From a virus (lineage: Duplodnaviria; Heunggongvirae; Uroviricota; Caudoviricetes): a DNA stretch of 6,491 nucleotides. This document shows, in pieces, positions 1-6,491 of the stretch. The notes under the pieces are model-generated. The model did no database searches, was not told the origin of the DNA, and saw nothing but the letters and a program-made list of their open reading frames with translations. The position numbers and the translations under genes were made by a program. Position 1 is the stretch's first letter; each line of letters opens with the position of its first letter. Where the stretch lies: IMG/VR virus record IMGVR_UViG_2695420595_000022, positions 1-6,491 of that record; one strand, written 5' to 3'.

Positions 1-1509
1 ATGAAACCATCCATAGAACAACTTCTACATATCTACGGGCCGATGTCCTCATCTGCCTTAAGAGAAAAACTGATAGCCAATGGCCTAACAGAAGTTAACG
101 CCAGACAGCGAATCTCCCGCGTTGGAGGTGATGTTCAACGTTTTACTCATTTTTCTTTGCCCAAAAATGAAGCATTTCTCTATCTGACAAAGGACTATAA
201 CTCTCGTCGATATTGGATTGCATTGCTTGAAAGTCATGTAAATGCAAGAACAGTCTATGCTCACACCTTTTTCGCTTTCCACCCTTATCAAGGGGCGATC
301 CCGACATATCTTTTTAGCAAGGTTTCAGGGAGTCCGGACAAACTGAAGGGACACATTGCGTCAAGCCGTCTTGAAGCGCAATTGCTTAAAGGTTCAGTTC
401 TGCGTAGGGAAGTTGATGTCGTTTTGGGGGATTGTCTTGTTACTTACATAAATAATATTAACGGGGTAACGGATACCCAACATGTCCGAAACCAATTGCT
501 GGTTGAAGATATTCTCATTAAAGGTGTAGCTGACTGGATTAAACACAATAGCCTTGGCAGCTTTAATAAGGTCCAAGTCCGTAACTCTCAGAATATGCCT
601 TCATTTAGCCATCACCATTGGGACATATGTGCTCCGTCATATATTATGCCTTTAGCAACAGTACAAAAAGGTGAAATGAGTAATGGCTTCATTGTTGCAG
701 ATGTCATATACAATGATTTAGATAGCAAAAGCATCCAAACCTATCTCACGAAAGTACAGCGATGCAGAAATATGCGAAATACTCGCCCGTTTCTAGCTAT
801 GCTGATTGCAGAACGTTTTGATCCAGAAGCCTTTCGCCTTGCGAAACAAGCTGGTGTAATGGCTACAACAGTATCTAACCTACTTGGTCAAGACATTTCA
901 GCACTACTGTCCAGTTTATTAAATACTCTTAATCGTGCCAGTGCTATTGCGGCAGCAAACCCAGAAAAAATCAACGAACTATTTAAAGGACTTACGAGGA
1001 TTGAAGGCGCCGCAATCAATATAAGAGGCGTAATGTTTGAAATGTTAGTTGGTCACATCGTACTGAAAACCCAAAATGTCAGCACTGTGGACTTGAATAA
1101 ACAAATCAGTACCGAGGCAGGTAAGGCTGAAATAGATGTGATTGGTTTTAGAGGCGAAGCAGAAATTAAGTGCTACGAATGTAAAGGCTATGAAGTTAAG
1201 CGACTAATTTCAGTCGAAATGATCGAAAAGTGGCTCGAACGAGTTCAACGCATCAGAAAATTCTACAGTCAGATTCATGTGTACCGTGACCGAAAAATGA
1301 CTTTTTCATTCTGGACCTCATCAGATTTTGAACCTGAAGCACTTGAGCTGCTGCTTCATCAGAAGCAAAGAAATACAAAAATATCATTAGACTGGAAAAA
1401 TGGACGTGACATTCTTTCCATTGTTAAGGAAGACAATCTGAAATCAATTGCAGATGTTCTTCAGGAACATTATCTTCGACACCCACTGGCTCCTGATGCA
1501 GATATGTAA
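1..1509 (+). CDS. Hypothetical protein (502 aa); possible N-terminal winged-helix-like region and C-terminal PD-(D/E)xK nuclease-like core; candidate defence cargo
   Basis: Long uninterrupted ORF ending in TAA at 1507-1509; ATG at window position 1, so the true start could lie upstream. C-terminal segment GVMFEMLVGHIVLK...AEIDVIGFRGEAEIKCYECKGYEVKRL has the E / D / E-x-K order and spacing of PD-(D/E)xK nucleases (Mrr-catalytic-like FExLV...IDxI...xCK pattern). N-terminal IEQLLHIYGPMSSSALREKLIANGLTEVNARQRISRV looks helix-turn-helix-like. No Walker A motif and no HNH-type CxxC/His pattern seen. Sampled G+C is low (26/60 at 1-60, 22/60 at 421-480) against 36/60 at 3841-3900. Confidence 0.8.
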   Translation: MKPSIEQLLHIYGPMSSSALREKLIANGLTEVNARQRISRVGGDVQRFTHFSLPKNEAFLYLTKDYNSRRYWIALLESHVNARTVYAHTFFAFHPYQGAIPTYLFSKVSGSPDKLKGHIASSRLEAQLLKGSVLRREVDVVLGDCLVTYINNINGVTDTQHVRNQLLVEDILIKGVADWIKHNSLGSFNKVQVRNSQNMPSFSHHHWDICAPSYIMPLATVQKGEMSNGFIVADVIYNDLDSKSIQTYLTKVQRCRNMRNTRPFLAMLIAERFDPEAFRLAKQAGVMATTVSNLLGQDISALLSSLLNTLNRASAIAAANPEKINELFKGLTRIEGAAINIRGVMFEMLVGHIVLKTQNVSTVDLNKQISTEAGKAEIDVIGFRGEAEIKCYECKGYEVKRLISVEMIEKWLERVQRIRKFYSQIHVYRDRKMTFSFWTSSDFEPEALELLLHQKQRNTKISLDWKNGRDILSIVKEDNLKSIADVLQEHYLRHPLAPDADM

Positions 1510-1738
1510 TGTGGATAAGCCTAAGGTTTATTTAGCTGCCTTTGATGCTGTCTATTACCGAATTGTGATGGTCTGCCCAGTACAAAAATATCATTCTGGG
1601 CGAATTGATTTAGAGGGTTCACCGGCTCTAAGAGAGCCGATATATGGCTAGTGTCTGAGTTCCCAAGAGCTCGACAGTTTGGGCTGTAAAGTTGTGCTGT
1701 CTGCCAGCATCAATCTTTACCGGTGGCCTGCATCATGT

Positions 1739-2293
1739 CTAATCCCTGCCTACAGGAAATTTTCGGTATAGTGTTGACACTCCTACATCATAAATTAATG
1801 CTACGCGCTGACGCGTTTCTCCTGCAGCGATTAGTCTCCCTGCCTGCGCCCACTGCTCATCCGTTAGTTTTGGCTTACGTCCACCAATTCGTCCCTGTGC
1901 GCGAGCAGCTTCCAGTCCAGCTTTTGTTCGTTCAACAATCAGTTCACGCTCCATTTCAGCCAGGGCACCCATCACATGAAAGAAAAAGCGCCCCATTGGG
2001 GTACTAGTATCAATTGAATCCGTCAGACTACGAAAGTTGATGCCTCGTTCGCGCAACTCCTCAACCAGAATGACCAGATGCCGCATACTACGCCCCAGCC
2101 GATCCAGCTTCCAGACAACCAGAGTGTCACCTGCCGATAATGTCCTGAGCAGTTTTTTCAGTCCAGGCCTTTCGGACTTTGTACCGCTTATCTTGTCTTC
2201 AAAAATCAGCTCGCATCCTGCACAGTTCAGCGCATTACGTTGTAGATCTGTGTTCTGGTCATTTGTTGACACACGTACATAGCCAATAAGCAT
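1739..2293 (-). CDS. pin: Serine-recombinase DNA invertase (Pin/Gin/Hin/Cin family)
   Basis: Translation MLIGYVRVSTNDQNTDLQRNAL...LVVWKLDRLGRS...FFFHVMGALAEMERELIVERT...RQRVALIYDVGVSTLYRKF carries the resolvase/invertase catalytic-serine motif (YVRVSTNDQ) and a C-terminal HTH. The ORF track extends to 2329 (MASFLLLSGRST-), but family members start at MLIGYVRVS, so ATG at 2291-2293 is preferred; stop TAG at 1739-1741. Lies immediately beside crossover site A. Confidence 0.95.
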   Translation of the reverse strand: MLIGYVRVSTNDQNTDLQRNALNCAGCELIFEDKISGTKSERPGLKKLLRTLSAGDTLVVWKLDRLGRSMRHLVILVEELRERGINFRSLTDSIDTSTPMGRFFFHVMGALAEMERELIVERTKAGLEAARAQGRIGGRKPKLTDEQWAQAGRLIAAGETRQRVALIYDVGVSTLYRKFPVGRD

Positions 2294-2347
2294 GGTAGAT
2301 CTCCCTGACAAAAGCAGGAATGATGCCATTTGCTCGTTATTTCTGCA

Positions 2348-2373
2348 TTTTCATAAACGTTGGTTTGGGAGAA
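2348..2373. other. Invertase crossover site A (pix/gix/cix-like, pin-proximal type)
   Basis: TTTTCATAAACG-TT-GGTTTGGGAGAA: two imperfect 12-bp inverted half-sites around a 2-bp core, resembling the gix/cix/hix consensus. 2323..2374 is a perfect 52-bp reverse-complement match of 6440..6491, and the GGTTTGGGAGAA half-site is shared with site B. Confidence 0.8.
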
Positions 2374-4215
<1,842 letters not shown>

Positions 4216-4218
4216 TCC

Positions 4219-4962
4219 ATGCATCGTATAGACACGAAAACCGCGCAGAAGGATAAGTTCGGCGCGGGTAAGAACGGTTTTACCCGTGGTAACCCCCAGA
4301 CCGGCACACCTGCCACCGATCTGGATGATGACTACTTTGACATGTTGCAGGAAGAACTCTGCAGCGTGGTGGAGGCATCCGGTGCCAGCCTGGAGAAGGG
4401 GCGGCATGACCAGCTGCTTACCGCGCTTCGTGCGCTGCTGTTAAGCCGCAAGAATCCGTTTGGCGATATCAAATCTGATGGCACGGTGAAAACGGCTCTC
4501 GAAAACCTTGGTTTGGGAGAAGCGGCAAAACGAAATGTGGGCAACGGGGAAAACCAAATCCCTGATATGTCTTTCTGGACGGTTACTGGTGGCAATGGAA
4601 ATTTTGTGATTCGTCAACCTGACGGGCTAATCATTCAGATGGTTACTGTAAGTATAAGCGGTCCAGTGGCGATGAATGGAATGACTGATAATGCTTATGC
4701 CATTACAGGTTCTAATAAGTCTTATATTGCCACAGCCACATTGCCCTTTGTATTTCCTAATAAGGTGCTGGGCGTTATCCCTCTGGTATCAACAACAGCT
4801 TATGGTGGTGTATCCAGTAATATTACAGGTTCATACGCGACGGCGGTTTGTTCTTTTGCCGCTGTCAGGGGGAATAATACGATTGTGTTCAAAGTCGACA
4901 AACCACTGAATGCAGCCTTTCCTTCAGATACCAGCGTCTCAGCGTTAATCATTGGACGGTAA
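4219..4962 (+). CDS. stf: Tail-fibre protein with constant N-terminal part and invertible variable C-terminal part (currently expressed cassette)
   Basis: ATG at 4219 preceded by GGAG (4209-4212). The constant part ends ...[11 protein letters not shown], encoded across site B; the variable part [19 protein letters not shown]...GLIIQMV...LPFVFPNK... resembles tail-fibre receptor-binding tips. Stop TAA at 4960-4962. Confidence 0.85.
   Translation: MHRIDTKTAQKDKFGAGKNGFTRGNPQTGTPATDLDDDYFDMLQEELCSVVEASGASLEKGRHDQLLTALRALLLSRKNPFGDIKSDGTVKTALENLGLGEAAKRNVGNGENQIPDMSFWTVTGGNGNFVIRQPDGLIIQMVTVSISGPVAMNGMTDNAYAITGSNKSYIATATLPFVFPNKVLGVIPLVSTTAYGGVSSNITGSYATAVCSFAAVRGNNTIVFKVDKPLNAAFPSDTSVSALIIGR
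4496..4521. other. Invertase crossover site B (constant-side, pixL-type) inside the tail-fibre gene
   Basis: CTCTCGAAAACC-TT-GGTTTGGGAGAA: same architecture and same core (TT) as site A, with an identical GGTTTGGGAGAA half-site, in direct orientation to A and inverted relative to C. Confidence 0.8.
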
Positions 4963-4964
4963 GA

Positions 4965-5408
4965 ATGAACTCAGTATTCTTTTCACCCGCAAGTAAAAGT
5001 TTTTATCTGCAAGAATTGTTTCCAGAATATGAGGATGCGGGAACGCTTCCTGATGATGTTATTGAAATTACCAGAGAAACATATGAGCAATTTCTTGGGC
5101 TGCATCCAGAAGGGAAAGAAATTGGCGCTGACAGTTCAGGACGGCCAATATGGATTAATTCCCCGCCGCCTTCAAAAGAGGATGAGATGCTGGCGGCTGA
5201 AATGAAAAAGATATCTTTGGTTTCAGAAGTCAATACCTACATCAATACCCATCAGTGGCCTGGCAAAGCTGCTATTGGTCGTCTGAAAGGTTACGAGCTG
5301 GAACAATATAATTTATGGCTGGATTATCTGGACGCACTGGAACTGGTTGATACCTCCAGTGCTCCAGATATTGAATGGCCTACGCCTCCGGTAGTTCAGG
5401 CCAGATGA
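4965..5408 (+). CDS. tfa: Tail-fibre assembly protein (chaperone for cassette 1)
   Basis: 147-aa ORF starting 2 nt after the stf stop; C-terminus ...SSAPDIEWPTPPVVQAR has the conserved Tfa C-terminal APD(I/V)xWP motif. Confidence 0.85.
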   Translation: MNSVFFSPASKSFYLQELFPEYEDAGTLPDDVIEITRETYEQFLGLHPEGKEIGADSSGRPIWINSPPPSKEDEMLAAEMKKISLVSEVNTYINTHQWPGKAAIGRLKGYELEQYNLWLDYLDALELVDTSSAPDIEWPTPPVVQAR

Positions 5409-5985
5409 CATCCGGCGCGGTGCTGGTATCTGTTGCAGTCACCGCGTCAATGTAATCCAGCACAGCGTTAAGCCGGGTTGTTTCTGCCTGCGTCAGCTTC
5501 CGCCCGGCCTGCAATTTCAGCTGAATCAGACTAATGGAAGCCATAGCAGCATCAATCAGTGACTGGCGCCGTACTTCTGCCGCGTCTACTGCGGCGTTAT
5601 GCTGTGCCTCAGTATCGGTCACCCATTTCTCACCATCCCATTTATCGTATGACGTTAACGGGGCGATAGTGGTTGTATTTTCAGGGTAATCACCCGGAAC
5701 TGTGATTTCTTTTGATTCTCCTGTTTCGGTGCTATAGACGATTTCACCGCGATGGTCTGGCACATATTCCCATGAGTTAAAATCTGCAGAACGGCAAATT
5801 GCATAACCAGCTTTATATGAGCCAGGAGCATCTAAACAGGAACATGCCGGGATACCAACACCCACAGCAAGATATTCAGTTGATGTGGAAATATATTCCC
5901 GTGTTTCACCATCATAATTATAAACGGTAATGTCTCCGGCCTTTGTGGCGATGAGTTCATTATTTAATACAGCTTTACTTATCAT
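5380..5985 (-). CDS. tfa: Tail-fibre assembly protein (chaperone for cassette 2, inverted)
   Basis: 201-aa ORF on the minus strand; C-terminus ...TSTAPDVIWPELPEA matches the Tfa motif. Its ATG (5983-5985) overlaps the TGA stop of the upstream inverted tail-fibre cassette (ATGA coupling). Confidence 0.85.
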   Translation of the reverse strand: MISKAVLNNELIATKAGDITVYNYDGETREYISTSTEYLAVGVGIPACSCLDAPGSYKAGYAICRSADFNSWEYVPDHRGEIVYSTETGESKEITVPGDYPENTTTIAPLTSYDKWDGEKWVTDTEAQHNAAVDAAEVRRQSLIDAAMASISLIQLKLQAGRKLTQAETTRLNAVLDYIDAVTATDTSTAPDVIWPELPEA

Positions 5986-6491
5986 GCAGCCCTCACAATA
6001 TAATTAAAGGCGATGTTACGGGAGCGGGTTTCAGATGCTGTGCGAACTGAGCGAGATGCGTCGAATGTCCAGTTATAAGCGCCATAACCCTCAATAATTT
6101 CGGCTTCCTTTAGACCTGTAGATAATACTTGCCCATGTTGACTAAATGGCCCTGAACTAAGTACGTCTCTAAAAAGCTGGGTACGCCCAAAAGAACCAAC
6201 AATATTCTGAATTGCATCATTCTGTGCAGATAATAAGTTACGACCAGAGTCAATCCCGCGCCCATCATCCCAGCCACGAATAAATTCACCGCGTAAATCT
6301 GGTAATTTTAATGTTGGGTAAGCCTTTGCCAGATTTGGGTACTTTTCAGAAGAAAATACTGCTCCGTTACATTTTAGCCACCCCGTTGGCGGAGTGGCGG
6401 AAGGCCACGGAACAGGCACACCAACGGGTAATGCCGAACCTTCTCCCAAACCAACGTTTATGAAAATGCAGAAATAACGAGCAAATGGCAT
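5982..6491 (-). CDS. stf: Alternative tail-fibre C-terminal variable cassette (silent, inverted orientation)
   Basis: Translation (MPFARYFCIFINVGLGE)GSALPVGVPVPWPSATPPTGWLKCNGAVFSSEKYPNLAKAYPTLKLPDLRGEFIRGWDDGRGIDSGRNLL... is a typical tail-fibre tip of invertible tail-fibre systems. The first ~8 codons, including the ATG at the window edge, lie outside site C; inversion at B x C would fuse the cassette in frame to the constant part at GLGE. Confidence 0.8.
   Translation of the reverse strand: MPFARYFCIFINVGLGEGSALPVGVPVPWPSATPPTGWLKCNGAVFSSEKYPNLAKAYPTLKLPDLRGEFIRGWDDGRGIDSGRNLLSAQNDAIQNIVGSFGRTQLFRDVLSSGPFSQHGQVLSTGLKEAEIIEGYGAYNWTFDASRSVRTASETRSRNIAFNYIVRAA
6441..6466. other. Invertase crossover site C (pin-proximal type, inverted relative to A and B)
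   Basis: TTCTCCCAAACC-AA-CGTTTATGAAAA is the exact reverse complement of site A. Perfect identity extends over 52 bp (6440..6491 vs 2323..2374) and is limited by the window end. Confidence 0.8.

Larger units (their letters stand above)
4522..6440. other. Invertible tail-fibre segment (P/G/C-segment-like) between sites B and C
   Basis: Bounded by inverted crossover sites with matching cores. Holds two cassette sets in opposite orientation (var1 + tfa on +, tfa + var2 on -), the classic Mu G / P1 C / e14 P layout. Confidence 0.8.

Noticed and set aside
85-576. Minus-strand ORFs 85..291 and 394..576
   Set aside because: Short, entirely antisense to the long 1..1509 ORF, with no recognisable motifs; treated as chance ORFs.
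1-1509. Whether the cargo ORF is McrA, the e14 cargo at the equivalent position
   Set aside because: It is 502 aa rather than about 277 aa and shows no HNH-type motif (no paired CxxC with the His/Asn pattern). The only nuclease-like signature I see is PD-(D/E)xK-like, so it is a different protein.
1624-1638. Hairpin GGCTCT-AAG-AGAGCC in the convergent spacer as an intrinsic terminator
   Set aside because: A 6-bp stem with a 3-nt loop is present but is not followed by a T-rich tract on either strand, so the evidence for a Rho-independent terminator is weak.
1448-2282. Plus-strand ORFs 1448..1651, 1723..2007 and 2037..2282
   Set aside because: The first overlaps the 3' end of the cargo ORF and the convergent spacer; the other two are antisense to the well-supported pin gene. 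Low-complexity translations, no motifs.
4691-5233. ORFs 4691..4909 (+) and 5003..5233 (-)
   Set aside because: Embedded in or antisense to the tail-fibre variable region and tfa; no support as independent genes.

Overview
This window reads as the tail-fibre / host-range end of an e14-like prophage that has been rearranged. Left to right: (1) a 502-aa A+T-rich ORF of unknown function (1..1509, +) sitting where e14-type prophages carry cargo such as mcrA, with a C-terminal segment that looks like a PD-(D/E)xK nuclease core; (2) a Pin/Gin/Hin/Cin-family serine DNA invertase (1739..2293, -); (3) three 26-bp invertase crossover sites (A 2348..2373, B 4496..4521, C 6441..6466); (4) an orphan tail-fibre variable-cassette fragment (2374..~2574) fused to (5) a right-end-truncated IS3-family insertion sequence (~2575..~3655, -) with intact orfA and an A-AAA-AAG frameshift heptamer; (6) a YmfQ/DUF2313-like tail gene whose 5' end is replaced by the IS; (7) a tail-fibre gene (4219..4962) whose C-terminal part lies inside a ~1.9-kb invertible segment (B to C) that also carries tfa (4965..5408, +), an inverted tfa (5380..5985, -) and an inverted alternative tail-fibre C-terminal cassette (5982..6491, -). 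No rRNA, tRNA or CRISPR array was recognised. The strongest lead is the uncharacterised ORF at 1..1509 as a candidate nuclease-type defence gene in the invertase-adjacent cargo slot. All homology statements are from reading the translations by eye; no database search was run.
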